A stretch of DNA of 64,000 nt from Candidatus Latescibacterota bacterium (GCA_965205975.1 OZ242195.1:3968001-4032000); one strand, 5' to 3'. Positions 19,294-30,800 are shown, counted from the stretch's first letter. Numbers and translations are program-made. Notes: generated from the sequence alone by a model not told the origin.

Positions 19294-19635
19294 TCACGCA
19301 TCTAACACGCGCTGAAATGCCTCGAGATTGGGCACCTGTATCGCCGCACGGAGCACCTGCTTGAGACGGTGCAAATCGTCAATGGCCGCAATGCGAGTGG
19401 ATAGGGGGTGCGCTTCGCTCAGGTCAAATCGAATCTCCAACACATCAAGGATAGCTTCGATCGTGCTTCTTCTTTCGCCTTGCTCAATGCCTTGCTCAAT
19501 GCCTTGCTCAATGCCTTGCTCAATGCCTTGCTCAATGCCTTGCTCAATGCCCTGCTCAAAACCTTCCTCTCTGGCTTCCTCTCTGCTTTGTTGGGTAAGG
19601 GATTGAAAAAGTGATGATTCGCGCAAGATGTCCAT
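19294..19635 (-). CDS. Putative in-frame internal small protein (RpnS-like antitoxin), 113 aa
   Basis: AAGGAGG-GCATC-ATG inside rpn, at MDILRES. Confidence 0.6.
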   Translation of the reverse strand: MDILRESSLFQSLTQQSREEAREEGFEQGIEQGIEQGIEQGIEQGIEQGIEQGERRSTIEAILDVLEIRFDLSEAHPLSTRIAAIDDLHRLKQVLRAAIQVPNLEAFQRVLDA

Positions 19636-20274
19636 GATGCCCTCCTTGAAAATAATACCAGAAATCGTTTCAGAATCATATACCAACTCGCTCAACGCCA
19701 CCATGCCTGCCAGATAATCCGCCCTATATGACCGATCTATAGAGCGCGTCCGAGCCGTGTGAATACACTGATGCAACCACGCATCCGAGGCCATCCCTTC
19801 TGGCGGCTTCATCAATGGCGTGAAAGGGATCAGACCCGATTGCCCCGATTCAAGGACGCGCTCGCCTTCTATCTCAATCAGCCTGATCACGCGATACCGA
19901 ATCGTGATTTCGTAGTCGAGATGCGCCTGGACATAGTACCCGGTATCGTGTTGCCCTGCATTGGGACGCAAGTAGATCACATTGGAATAAATCGGCAGGC
20001 CGTATTGCCGAATCGCATGTCCAATATAGCCCGCCATGCGACGCTCCATAGGCGGATTGGTGCTGTCAGTCGTTTGAAACTCGTTGTGGACCAATACCTC
20101 CTCGTCACCCATACGCACGCGAATCAGGCTATCGGTTTGGCGTGCTTCAACAGTGTATTGCTCTGTGTCAATAACTGCAAGAACTTCAACGTCCTCGCGT
20201 CCGAGGGTAAAGCCAGCAAAGTCATTGGGGTATTTCTGAATCAGATGTTTGGAAATCGTATCAAATTCAGCCAT
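19294..20274 (-). CDS. Rpn-family PD-(D/E)XK nuclease (recombination-promoting nuclease-like)
   Basis: FDTISKHL, RQTDSLI, HNEFQT and RMAGY motifs; EQGI repeats (12-bp tandem at about 19477-19558). Confidence 0.85.
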   Translation of the reverse strand: MAEFDTISKHLIQKYPNDFAGFTLGREDVEVLAVIDTEQYTVEARQTDSLIRVRMGDEEVLVHNEFQTTDSTNPPMERRMAGYIGHAIRQYGLPIYSNVIYLRPNAGQHDTGYYVQAHLDYEITIRYRVIRLIEIEGERVLESGQSGLIPFTPLMKPPEGMASDAWLHQCIHTARTRSIDRSYRADYLAGMVALSELVYDSETISGIIFKEGIMDILRESSLFQSLTQQSREEAREEGFEQGIEQGIEQGIEQGIEQGIEQGIEQGERRSTIEAILDVLEIRFDLSEAHPLSTRIAAIDDLHRLKQVLRAAIQVPNLEAFQRVLDA

Positions 20275-20676
20275 GTGAAATGCCTCGCGTCTGGTGGAGT
20301 GAGTGCGTGGGACACGCGCAACACTCAGACACAAAGCAAATATCAGGCCAAAAATTCAATTATCACAGAATTGAGCGATGTTGCATTGGCATGGCAAGAC
20401 GCCTGAACACTGCATTGTGCTTTAAATATGCTGTATTGCACACTTGTTCACAACCTGAATTTAATCCGCAGAAAAAAACGCGAATAATTTGAGCGTTTTT
20501 CGCAGATGGGCACAGATGAAAGGCGAGAGGGTACATTTTGAGCGATGAATGAGAGATCAGTTGAAAGATATGTACCGCTCTGAGGAGGTGTGATTATCTC
20601 ACCTCCTCTTTTCTTTGCCTTGACAGCGGGAATAAACTGTATTAGGATGCATCCCGATATTCACAGGAGAGACAGA

Positions 20677-22023
20677 ATGTCTGACCATTACGACGTCATT
20701 GTAGCGGGCGCGGGCATAGGCGGATTGTGTGCGGCGCTGCGCGCTCGGGAAAAAGGCGCATCCGTTGCCATCGTCGAAAAAGCCGAAACAATTGGCGGAT
20801 CTGCCGCTGCATCGGGCGGCACAATCTGGTGTGCAAAAAACATCGACGAATGGCTCAAAGTGCAGCCCAATGGCGACACAGCACTCGGCACCGCGCTCAT
20901 CGACCGCTTCTACACAGGCATCGAATGGCTCCGCAAACAGGGCGTATCCCTACAAGCGCGTGAAGACAAACCGTACAAATTTCAACGCACCATCTACCAG
21001 TTCACACCCGACGCCCGCACCGCAATGGAAATCCTCGGTTATCAGTTCCAACACAGGGGCGGCACCATCCGCACACACACCGGCCTGACCGGCCTCATCG
21101 GCGGCAACGGCAAACCCATCACCGGCGTCAAAACCACACACTCAAAAATAACAGCCCAATCCGTCATCCTATCAACCGGCGGATATCAGGCCAACCCCAA
21201 ATTGCGCGCGCAGTATTTCGGCGCAGAATCCGATCACATGATCGTCCGCGGCGTACCTCAAAACACCGGCGGAGGCTTTCAAAGCGCACGCGAAGCAGGC
21301 GCCCAACCCACAGAACCCCTCAACCGCTTCTACGGCCACCTCCTCCCCGCACCCCCCGCACGAGTCGGCCTCCACAACTTCCTCAAAGTCAAACCCGACT
21401 TCAGCGAATACGCCATCTTAATCAACCTCAAAGGCGAGCGATTCGACGACGAATATCTCGGCGACGAAGTCACCTGCCACACCCTCGTCCAACAACCCCG
21501 GGCGACAGCCATCCTCATCTTTGACCAGCACATCCGCGACAACCAGAACGCACTCTCGCAATGGCCCACCCCGGACAACGACCGCGTCAAAAACATCCGC
21601 GAAGCAGGCGGCGAAGTCATCGAAACATCCTCCTTGCCCGAACTCACCCGCGCACTGACCAACCGCTGGCACATCCCCGCCCACACATTCGAAAAAACAA
21701 TGGCCGAATACGCCACTGCATGCGCCACCGGCAATGGCCAAACCCTCTCAATACCAAAAACCGGCGGCCTCATCCCCCTCAACACACCGCCCTATTACGC
21801 CATCCGCACCCTGCCCGGCATCACCTTTACCTACGGCGGTGCCAAAGTCAATGCCCAGGCGCAAGTCATAGACAAAAACGACCGCCCCATCCCGGGCCTC
21901 TACGCAGCCGGCGCCGACTGTGGCGGCATCTACACCCGGGGCTACACAGGCGGCCTGTGCATGGGCCTCGCCTATGGCCTCATCGCGGGCGAAGCCGCGG
22001 CCAAATACACGACACAGAAATAG
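20677..22023 (+). CDS. FAD-dependent oxidoreductase (fumarate reductase/TcuA/KstD flavoprotein family)
   Basis: VAGAGIGG, STGGY, TFTYGG and PGLYAAG motifs. Confidence 0.88.
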   Translation: MSDHYDVIVAGAGIGGLCAALRAREKGASVAIVEKAETIGGSAAASGGTIWCAKNIDEWLKVQPNGDTALGTALIDRFYTGIEWLRKQGVSLQAREDKPYKFQRTIYQFTPDARTAMEILGYQFQHRGGTIRTHTGLTGLIGGNGKPITGVKTTHSKITAQSVILSTGGYQANPKLRAQYFGAESDHMIVRGVPQNTGGGFQSAREAGAQPTEPLNRFYGHLLPAPPARVGLHNFLKVKPDFSEYAILINLKGERFDDEYLGDEVTCHTLVQQPRATAILIFDQHIRDNQNALSQWPTPDNDRVKNIREAGGEVIETSSLPELTRALTNRWHIPAHTFEKTMAEYATACATGNGQTLSIPKTGGLIPLNTPPYYAIRTLPGITFTYGGAKVNAQAQVIDKNDRPIPGLYAAGADCGGIYTRGYTGGLCMGLAYGLIAGEAAAKYTTQK

Positions 22024-22056
22024 GCATTCAACATCCACACCAAAAATGGAGACCCC

Positions 22057-23601
22057 ATGCAACCCAACATCCTCTTTGCTTTTGCCGACGACTGGGGGCG
22101 TTATGCCAGCGCATATCAGCGCATTGAAGGCCCCAACTCACTCAACCAACTCATCGACACCCCCAACTTTGACCGCATAGCCCGCGAAGGCGCGTTATTC
22201 ACCAACGCCTTTGTACCCGCGCCGAGTTGCACCCCCTGCCGAAGCGCCATCCTCTCTGGACAATACTTCTGGCAAACCGGCCTCGGCGCGATCTTATCAG
22301 GTGCGATATGGGACGAAAGCATCCCCACCTACCCCCTCGAACTCGAAAAAGCCGGATACCACATCGGCTACACCTACAAAGTCTGGTCCCCTGGAAAAGC
22401 CGCCAACGCCCCTTATGGCGCCGACCGAACCCGCTATGAAACTGCCGGCACCAACTACCGGAGATTCTCCCACTGGGTCACCCAACACGCCGATGAATTA
22501 GGCGTTGAAGGTGCCAAACAAGCACTCCTGAACGAAACCCGCGACAACTTCAACACATTCCTCAACGCCCGTCCAGAGAACACACCCTTCTGCTACTGGT
22601 GGGGACCCACCAACACCCACCGCTCCTGGGAACGCGGCTCCGGCAAAGCCCTATGGGGTTTAGAACCCGACGACCTCAAAGGCCGCTTACCCGGCTTCCT
22701 GCCCGATGTACACGACATCCGCGAAGACGTAGCCGACTACCTGGGCGAATGTCAGGCCGTTGACGCTGGCCTGGGCGTCTTGATCCAGTGCCTCGAAGAA
22801 ATCGGCGAACTCGACAACACCCTCATCGTCGTCAGCGGCGACCACGGCATACCGGGCTTTCCCCGCGGCAAATGCAACCTCTACGACATCGGCTGCGAAG
22901 TCACCCTCGCCGCGCGCTGGCCCAACAACATCCCCGCGGGACGCACCGTTGAAGACTTTGTCAACCTCATGGACCTCGCCCCCACATTTCTCGAAGCCGC
23001 AGGCGCAGACATCCCCGATACCATGACCGGCAAAAGCCTGCTCCCCGTCCTCAAAAGCGACCAGAGCGGCCTCATCGATCCCGACCGCACCTTTGTCATC
23101 ACCGGACGAGAACGGCACGTTGGCACCGCAAGAGAAGGCCAGCTACCCTATCCGCAACGCGCCATCCGCACGGCCGACTTTCTCTACATCCACAACTTTG
23201 CACCCGACCGCTGGCCCATGGGCGATCCCCAGGGACTCGACGACCTCCATGCAGAAGCCCCTTCTGCCGAAGACCTGACAGGGAAAACCTTCATCGCCTA
23301 TCCCGACATGGATGCCAGCCCCACAAAATCCTATATGATCCTCCACCGCGCAGAAGAAGACGTACAGGAACTATTCGAAATCGGCTTTGGCAAACGTCCC
23401 CAGGAAGAACTCTACGACCTGCGCGTGGACCCACACTACATGAACAATATCGCCGACGACCCCGAATACGACCCCATCCGCAAAGAACTCTCCACCGCAC
23501 TCATGCAAGTCCTCCGCGAACAAAATGACCCGCGCCTCGTGGAATCACCCTGTCGATTCGAACACGCGCCCTATGCCGGACCAGTTGACGAAAATTGGTA
23601 A
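22057..23601 (+). CDS. Sulfatase (formylglycine-dependent)
   Basis: FADDWG, CTPCRSAILSG and GDHG motifs. Confidence 0.95.
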   Translation: MQPNILFAFADDWGRYASAYQRIEGPNSLNQLIDTPNFDRIAREGALFTNAFVPAPSCTPCRSAILSGQYFWQTGLGAILSGAIWDESIPTYPLELEKAGYHIGYTYKVWSPGKAANAPYGADRTRYETAGTNYRRFSHWVTQHADELGVEGAKQALLNETRDNFNTFLNARPENTPFCYWWGPTNTHRSWERGSGKALWGLEPDDLKGRLPGFLPDVHDIREDVADYLGECQAVDAGLGVLIQCLEEIGELDNTLIVVSGDHGIPGFPRGKCNLYDIGCEVTLAARWPNNIPAGRTVEDFVNLMDLAPTFLEAAGADIPDTMTGKSLLPVLKSDQSGLIDPDRTFVITGRERHVGTAREGQLPYPQRAIRTADFLYIHNFAPDRWPMGDPQGLDDLHAEAPSAEDLTGKTFIAYPDMDASPTKSYMILHRAEEDVQELFEIGFGKRPQEELYDLRVDPHYMNNIADDPEYDPIRKELSTALMQVLREQNDPRLVESPCRFEHAPYAGPVDENW

Positions 23602-23633
23602 AAAAAACGGCTCCTTGTAAGGAGCCGTTTTTT
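23601..23633. terminator. Bidirectional intrinsic terminator
   Basis: aaaaaaaacggctccttgtaaggagccgttttttt. Confidence 0.9.
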
Positions 23634-23913
23634 AATATACCTCATCGTGAGTGCCAAGAGTCTGGAGTAAAATAGCCTCTTGACCTTCGTAATCTACAAA
23701 TTGAAAAACAATTCTCAAATCATATCCAACACTGCAAGCCCAAGATCTCCTGAGTTTACCTTTTAATTTATGAGTTCTCAAATTTACATGAAAAGCATCA
23801 TCAGCAAGGAGTATTAATGTCTCTTGAATAGCACGCTCCATGAAAGGGCGCTGTCTGACATATTTTCTGAAAGCCCGGACAAAAGAACTGGATCTCAACA
23901 ACCGCCGTTTCAC
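23632..23913 (-). CDS. YafQ/RelE-family mRNA interferase toxin
   Basis: LRTHKLKG, SVGYDLRIVF and GTHDEVY motifs. Confidence 0.9.
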   Translation of the reverse strand: MKRRLLRSSSFVRAFRKYVRQRPFMERAIQETLILLADDAFHVNLRTHKLKGKLRRSWACSVGYDLRIVFQFVDYEGQEAILLQTLGTHDEVY

Positions 23914-24125
23914 GCTGTAATCTCTTTCATGAGATCATCTGGCGTTATTGGCAGAGCCTTTCCTTCTTGAAATTCTCGATTTGCCTCCTCAATATCCCGG
24001 GCGAGCTCATCTCGGCGTGCTTCAATAATTCGTCGGTTCAGCACTTCAATCAATGCTTCTTTTTCGCCAAGGGACAATTGATCGGCCGCTTCAAGCACTT
24101 CTCCAAAAAGCATGACATGAGCCAT
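23910..24125 (-). CDS. Cognate antitoxin
   Basis: 71 aa, acidic; 4-bp overlap with the toxin. Confidence 0.8.
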   Translation of the reverse strand: MAHVMLFGEVLEAADQLSLGEKEALIEVLNRRIIEARRDELARDIEEANREFQEGKALPITPDDLMKEITA

Positions 24126-24202
24126 GATTTAACACCTCCAACCGAATAGTAATATAGCGGACGAGGTGCGCACTTATGTTAAGTACGCACCTTATCGATG
24201 CC

Positions 24203-25612
24203 TTAATGAAACACCACCATCTTCGTCTCCGTCATCTCCTCCACGGCGTACTTCGGTCCCTCCTTGCCCATCCCGCTATCCTTCAGCCCGCCGTAGGGCA
24301 TCAAATCCGCGCGCCACTGCGTACCCCAATTGACGTGAATATTGCCCGAATGGACCTCCCGCGCAAACCGCATCGCCCAGTGGATATTCTCCGTAAACAA
24401 CGCCGCACTCAAACCGTAATTCGTATCATTGGCCATCTCAATAGCCGCGTCAATATCGTCAAACCGCGTAATACCCACCGCGGGACCAAACAACTCATCG
24501 CACGAAATTTTCATACTCGGATCCACATCCGCGAGAATCGTCGGTTGATAAATCGCACCATCGCGCTCTCCGCCCGTCACCAGACGCGCTCCAGCCCCCA
24601 CCGCATCCTGAATCCACGTCTGCACGCGCTCGGCATCGCGCTCTCTCACCATCGGCCCCATCATCACGCCATCAGCAATGGGATCGCCCGTCGTCAGTGC
24701 CTCGACCTTTGGCGTCAACGCATCGATAAAATCGCCGTAAACCGCATCATTGACAATCACCCGCTGCGCTGAAATACACACCTGCCCGGCATTGGCAAAA
24801 CCCGTCGTCGCCGTCGCAGCAGCCACCTGATCCAGATCCGCATCCGGCATCACAATCAAAGGCGCATTAGAACCCAACTCCATCGTCACCTTCTTCAACC
24901 CGGCCATATTGCAAATCTCCTCACCCACATCGCGGCTACCCGTAAAACTAATCTTGCGCACGCGGCTATCCGAACAAAGCGCACTGCCCAATTCATTCCC
25001 CGGACCCGTAATACACTGCACTGCCTCGGCAGGCACACCGGCCTCCACCAAAATCTCCACCAACTTCAGCGCCGAAAGCGGCGTATCCGTAGCCGGCTTC
25101 ACAATCACTGCATTGCCCGCAGCCAGCGCGGGACCCACTTTGTGACACACCAGATTCAGGGGAAAATTAAACGGCGTAATCGCCAGCACCACCCCACACG
25201 GCACGCGCAGCGTAAAACCAAACTGATCGCGCACCCCCGAACCGCCATCCAGCGGAATGGTCTCGCCGTACAAACGCTTGGCCTCCTCTGCAGACAGCGT
25301 CATCGTCTCAATCGCCCGCCCGGCCTCGCCAATACCCTCTGCCAGAACCTTGCCCTCTTCCAGCGTAATCGTACGTCCCAAATCCTCGACCCGTTCATGC
25401 ATCAAATTCACGGCCCGGTGCAAAATTTCATACCGCTCATAAGCCGTCAAAGCCGCCATCGCTCTGGCACCGCGCACGGCCGTCGCAACCGCCACCTCCG
25501 CATCTGCGGCATCGCCTTTTGGCACCGTATCCACCACCGAATTGTCAAATGGATTGATCACATCGATCTTCTCAGCCTTATCCACCCATTGACCACCAAT
25601 ATGCATCTTCAC
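24203..25612 (-). CDS. Aldehyde dehydrogenase family protein
   Basis: ITPFNFP, FTGS, MELGSN, AGQVC and ELFGP motifs. Confidence 0.96.
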   Translation of the reverse strand: MKMHIGGQWVDKAEKIDVINPFDNSVVDTVPKGDAADAEVAVATAVRGARAMAALTAYERYEILHRAVNLMHERVEDLGRTITLEEGKVLAEGIGEAGRAIETMTLSAEEAKRLYGETIPLDGGSGVRDQFGFTLRVPCGVVLAITPFNFPLNLVCHKVGPALAAGNAVIVKPATDTPLSALKLVEILVEAGVPAEAVQCITGPGNELGSALCSDSRVRKISFTGSRDVGEEICNMAGLKKVTMELGSNAPLIVMPDADLDQVAAATATTGFANAGQVCISAQRVIVNDAVYGDFIDALTPKVEALTTGDPIADGVMMGPMVRERDAERVQTWIQDAVGAGARLVTGGERDGAIYQPTILADVDPSMKISCDELFGPAVGITRFDDIDAAIEMANDTNYGLSAALFTENIHWAMRFAREVHSGNIHVNWGTQWRADLMPYGGLKDSGMGKEGPKYAVEEMTETKMVVFH

Positions 25613-25724
25613 GACAAACCTCCTTAAATCAGTTAAAAATTACCATTCTCGAACTTCTATTTCATCTCAGAACACTCATCATGCACAGCGACACCCTGCA
25701 AGTCAACAAAATTCATCCCAACCC

Positions 25725-26783
25725 TCACCGCAACCACTCATCTATATGTTCCGCCACAAATGCGTCATCATTCAAATGCGGATAAGCAACATACACGCGA
25801 TCAATCTCATCCGCTTGTCCCGGCGACAGACCCTCCTCGGGATTCAGACACCAGACCCCCTCCAAAAGCCCCTGCCTTCGCAACACCTCGTGAACCCCGG
25901 CAATACACCCGTGAAAATCATTGGGCACATCAAAAAACGCCGCATTGCAATCCGTCACCTCAATCGCCCGCGTCAGCATCTCCCCTGGCACCGTATCCAA
26001 CTGCGCGATCTCGTGACACTTTCTCAATATTTCCACCGCTCTCTTTGTCCACACCGCCCAGTGCCCCAAAAGCCCACCCACAACGCGCACATCCACACAC
26101 GCGCCATCGCACACAAATCGATGTGACGTCAGCAAATCCATCACAATATTATCGTCATTCCCCGTATAGAGCGCAATATCCTCCACCCGCCCCGCAGCCA
26201 CAACCCCTCGAATCACATCCAGCGTCTGGTACCGATTAAAAGGCGCGATCTTAATCCCCACCACAGACTCAATCTCTGCAAAACGCCGCCAAAAATCAAA
26301 CGGCAATACACATCCCCCCACAGCTGGCTGCAAATAAAACCCCATTACCGGAATCACATCGGCTACGGCGCGGCAGTGTGCAACCATCGCATCGACACTC
26401 GCATTGGCAAAAGCGCGCAAACTTACCAACCCGATCTCATAGCCGCAATCGCGCGCTATTTCTGCCTCTGACACGCCTTGTCGCGTATTGCCCACAATAC
26501 CAGCCACGCGGATAAAATCAGCCGGCGCATCGGCATCCATCACACCGGCAGTTAGTTCCAAAACGGGCCGATACAAATCCCATTTGGGATCGCGGATTTC
26601 AAATTGTGTCGTATGCACTCCCACGGCCAATCCCCCCGCACCAGCGGCAATATAATAGCGCGACAACGCCTGCTGCCGCCGCGCGTCCAACTTCCGCTCG
26701 GCAGTCAGAGCCAATGGATGTGCGGGAATCACCTGCCCTTTCTTCAATGCAATCTCGACATCTTTTGAAAGCGTGTTCGACAT
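25725..26783 (-). CDS. Dihydrodipicolinate synthase-family aldolase-like protein
   Basis: GVHTTQF, FYLQPAVGG, IKIAPF and YTGNDD motifs. Confidence 0.85.
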   Translation of the reverse strand: MSNTLSKDVEIALKKGQVIPAHPLALTAERKLDARRQQALSRYYIAAGAGGLAVGVHTTQFEIRDPKWDLYRPVLELTAGVMDADAPADFIRVAGIVGNTRQGVSEAEIARDCGYEIGLVSLRAFANASVDAMVAHCRAVADVIPVMGFYLQPAVGGCVLPFDFWRRFAEIESVVGIKIAPFNRYQTLDVIRGVVAAGRVEDIALYTGNDDNIVMDLLTSHRFVCDGACVDVRVVGGLLGHWAVWTKRAVEILRKCHEIAQLDTVPGEMLTRAIEVTDCNAAFFDVPNDFHGCIAGVHEVLRRQGLLEGVWCLNPEEGLSPGQADEIDRVYVAYPHLNDDAFVAEHIDEWLR

Positions 26784-26859
26784 CTGATATGCTCCGTACC
26801 ATGCCGCAATGACGCATGCCTCGCCCCTACGGTTGTTCACCCTTCTCACTTCACCCTTC

Positions 26860-27462
26860 TCACTTCCCTCGCCTCTCCAACTCAGCCCGATAATCTTCTG
26901 GCGTATCCAGATCCCGCAAAATACCCTCATCATCGACCGACACCTCCCTCGTATCTTGCGGGTGCCCCCGCATAATCGGCTTGAGACCCTCATCCCCAGA
27001 AAGCTCCAGAATCTCGCTCTGGTAACGCGACAAATTTATCAGCACTGGATGCCCGCGCTTGCCACCCGATATGGGAATCACAATACCCCTATCGCCTTCG
27101 CGGTATGCCCGCACCACAGCCTGAACAACGTTCAATTCAATCTGAGGCTGATCGCCAAGCGCGACAAGCACCGCATCTGCATCTGCAGGCAAATGTTGGA
27201 GACCGCAAAGAACACTGGAAAACATCCCTTCGCGGTAGGCATCATTCACACAACACAGCACGGGCCGACCGCATAAACTCTCGCGTACAGCATCTGCATC
27301 GTGCCCCAAAACCACCACCACACCAGCCAGATCAGCACCTGACAGCGTATCAACCACTGTTTGAAGAATCGTTCTATCGCCAAAAGGCAACAACTGTTTG
27401 GTTGACCCCATGCGCCGAGCCATACCCGCGGCCAGCACAAGACCGTAAATTTGCTCGTTCAT
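26860..27462 (-). CDS. MocA-like nucleotidyltransferase
   Basis: LAAGMARRMG.TKQLL, LGDQP, GHPV and DLDTPEDY motifs. Confidence 0.88.
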   Translation of the reverse strand: MNEQIYGLVLAAGMARRMGSTKQLLPFGDRTILQTVVDTLSGADLAGVVVVLGHDADAVRESLCGRPVLCCVNDAYREGMFSSVLCGLQHLPADADAVLVALGDQPQIELNVVQAVVRAYREGDRGIVIPISGGKRGHPVLINLSRYQSEILELSGDEGLKPIMRGHPQDTREVSVDDEGILRDLDTPEDYRAELERRGK

Positions 27463-27653
27463 AATACCTCGGTACTATAAAGATAAGACCCACGATTGAC
27501 AAGTGCATATTTTAACAGCTTATATACCATTTCATAAACTTATAATAAAACAATAATTTATTAAAATACCTTGACTTTTTCTATTCAGGCATTAAATTTT
27601 TCGGGGTTATAAACAAACGGAACGCGGGCATCTTAAAACGCGAGGTCACACCA

Positions 27654-27887
27654 TTGATTTGCGAACAATGTGGCAAAGTTCCGGCAACAAAAGCACAAAC
27701 GCATATCGAAAACGGCATAAAGCGCGTCCTTTATCGCTGCGATACCTGCGCGACCCTTACCTCCCCGAAATTAGACCGTCCGTGCGCGCAGTGCAAACAG
27801 CGAGAAGGCGAGATTAAACTCACCCGTATTCGCCCGCATGGCCGGGTAGTTACATATATATGTCAAGCCTGTGCTGACGTAAACTAA
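27654..27887 (+). CDS. Small protein with two McsA-N-terminus-like Cys4 zinc fingers
   Basis: CEQC..CDTC and CAQC..CQAC; TTG start after GAGG. Confidence 0.65.
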   Translation: MICEQCGKVPATKAQTHIENGIKRVLYRCDTCATLTSPKLDRPCAQCKQREGEIKLTRIRPHGRVVTYICQACADVN

Positions 27888-27888
27888 T

Positions 27889-30800
27889 ATGAACCCTAAA
27901 AATTTCATTACCCCTCCTGCTGCTGACCGCCTCGTTCCATTTTGGATATGGAATGGCATAATAGAAGAAAACGAACTCGTTCGCCAAATCCGCGAAATGA
28001 GCGAAAAAGGACTTGGTGGATTTTGCCTATCAACAGGTCCTGGGCTAAAAACGCCTTATTTGTCTCACATATGGTTCGATCGCGTAAAATTGGCACTCGA
28101 AACAGCAGAAGAATGTGGCCTCCATGTCTGGATCCACGACGAATACCGCTATCCAAGTGGTATTGGATCAACCCAAATCACCTTAGATCACCCCCAATTC
28201 ATCGCACAGCAACTCACCTTTCGCGAAACCGTTGTACAGGGCGGGCAACAAGTTGACCTTACGTTGCCCTGGGCACCCGTGTTACATACACTTGCTGTTC
28301 CCTTGCGAAGAGACCGTTGTCTGTGGGAAGACAAACAAGATATCAGTGCTTATCTGGGAGTCAATCATCAACACCACGCACTGCGCGACAACAAAGCGGT
28401 ACCCGCCTACCGTCCCCACACTTATGTATCTTTTAATCCCACCCGCCGACTGTACTGGAAAGCACCTGCCGGACGTTGGCGCGTGCTCGTGTTTTTGCAA
28501 GAACCCTCGGCAACCAGCGACTGTCCTGGATCACACCTCGATAGGTTCAATCCAGAATCTGTCCGCACCCTGCACCAGACCGTTCAGCAACCCTATATCG
28601 AGCGATTTTCCGCTTATCAGGGCAAAACCTTAAAGGGCATTTTAACCGCAGAAACGCATTTCCCTAACGATCGCCTGCCCTGGTCACCCGCATTGCCCGA
28701 ATACTTCAAAACGCGCAATGGCTACGATCTCCTCTCTTGCTTGCCTGCCCTCATAACCTACTTTGGTCCCAACACGGGCCGCATTCGCTACGATTATTTT
28801 CAAACCCTGGGCGAACTGCAACAGCGACACGACAGCGCGCGTAGCGCCGACTGGTGCAAAGAGCACGACCTCAATTATGCGAGCGATATAACCCCGCTCC
28901 GCAATGCCCATCGCGCCTCTATATCCATACCTGGTACAAGCGGGGACCTCGGCGTTGAACGCGCCCAAGAATACACCGTATCATATCGCCACAGCCCGGA
29001 ATTTGCAACAGCACTCGCCGCGCAAACAAGCACTTCTCGCGTGCTCAATACCTGTTTCCAAAACGCGGGCTGGGCAACCACGCTGCAAGATATGAAAGCA
29101 CACCTCGATACTCTTGGAACCCACGGAACCAACTTCTTTGCACCTCAGGCCCTCTACTACACACTCGACGGGTTGCGCAAACACGCCACATCTCTGTTCC
29201 ACCAAAACCCCTACTGGGAACACTTCCGCCTGCTATCTGACTACGCAGGGCGACTGGCCTATCTCTTAAGCCAGGGTCATCAAGTAGCCGATATTGCACT
29301 CCTCGACCCCGTCACCAGCTTGTGGGCACATCTCGCACACCCGCTTCACAACTGGTCTTATGTCGGCTATGATCCCGATGAAGAAACACTGACCAATCAC
29401 CTTGTTGCCGACTGGGCCTGTATTGCCCGCGCCCTGTATCAGATGCAGCGGCCATTTCAAAGCCTTGACCCGGCCCTCCTTGCCCAGGCGGAAATCATCG
29501 ACCGCCAATTGCAGATCGGCAAAACGCGTTATAAAGTCCTGATCATTTCCCCCATCACCAATCTGGAACGCGAAGCTTTTGATAAGCTACGCGCATTTAT
29601 CAATGCAGGCGGTCTCGTCATCGCCCTGGGATTATTGCCCATCGAGGATATTCAAGAGGGCACATCGGTCGTCGAGGGATTTTCGCGGTTGACCGACATG
29701 GACCCCGGGCGGATGATCCGCGATTATACCGGCCACGAATCGGGCGTCCACTTGCTGAGTCGAGACAACTTCATGTTTATCCGCACGGGGGGTACTGTAG
29801 AAAAAAATCAGGCGTCCTCCATGCTGGAACGCCTGCTCGACGAAATACTGCCTCGGCGAGTACACATCATGTCAGACGGGAAAAGCGCCGACACAATACA
29901 ATATCACCACCGAACAGATGAAAAGCATCGCATATTCTTTTTTGCCAATCGGGGAAATTCGCCCGTTACAACACAAATTTTTATACCCGCCTCCGACGGA
30001 CATATAGAGAAATGGGATTTAGAAACGGGCAAACGCACACCACTTGTGGTCGAACCTGCCGGAGAAATGAGTCGCATTAACCTCTCCTTTGATCGGCTGC
30101 AATCACATATGATCGTAACCTCTCCGGGCCACCCGAAAAAAGAAAAAGAAGAGCCTCTGGTAGAAACTCTCAAACTCAATTTAACAGGTCACTGGAAAGT
30201 TGATCCAGAAGAAGATAATGCCTTGCGCCTGGACAAATTCAAAACGAAATTCGACCCGTCTAACACGGGCGTGCATCAGGGCTGGCATCAACCAGCCTAT
30301 AGCGACAGCAGGTGGCCCGAAACGCGCCCGCAATCTTTTGACAATCCAGAAGAAAAAACAATTTGTTGGTACCGAACAACCTTTGTCTCGGACATCGTCC
30401 CCAACAAACTATCTCTGGTCATGGATCGAAGTGCCATTCAGGGAGAGCACCAGATCTACATCAACGGTTCCAAATTGCCGAGCAATGCTTTTCGCCCCAC
30501 CTTCCGGTTCGATCACGCCAATGCCACATGCTCCATAGGACAACACATAAACAAAGGCAAAAATGTGATTGCCATCCGCGTGGAAGTCAACAGCCCGGGC
30601 GATGGCCTCGCCGATGCCATGTATCTCTTTGGACGTTTTCAGCTCAAATCCTGGCGAAACATCTATCCCAGGCTCACACCCTCTCAAGATAGCGGTCCAG
30701 TTTTTGACTTCAACGCGCAGGGGCTACCCTTCTATGCTGGCACCGTGTCATATACCCGAGACATCGATATCAAAACCCTGCCCACGACCACGCGTTTCAA

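Noticed and set aside
7244..20600. attR copy of the tRNA-Leu 3' end bounding the island
   Set aside because: No convincing duplicate was found by eye. The hairpin at 14457-14486 has only a similar layout, and no integrase is present.
24163..24191. dif-like sequence GGTGCGCAC-TTATGTTAAGT next to a TA pair
   Set aside because: Lacks the 6-bp spacer and part of the XerC arm; better explained as the hairpin terminating the ALDH gene.
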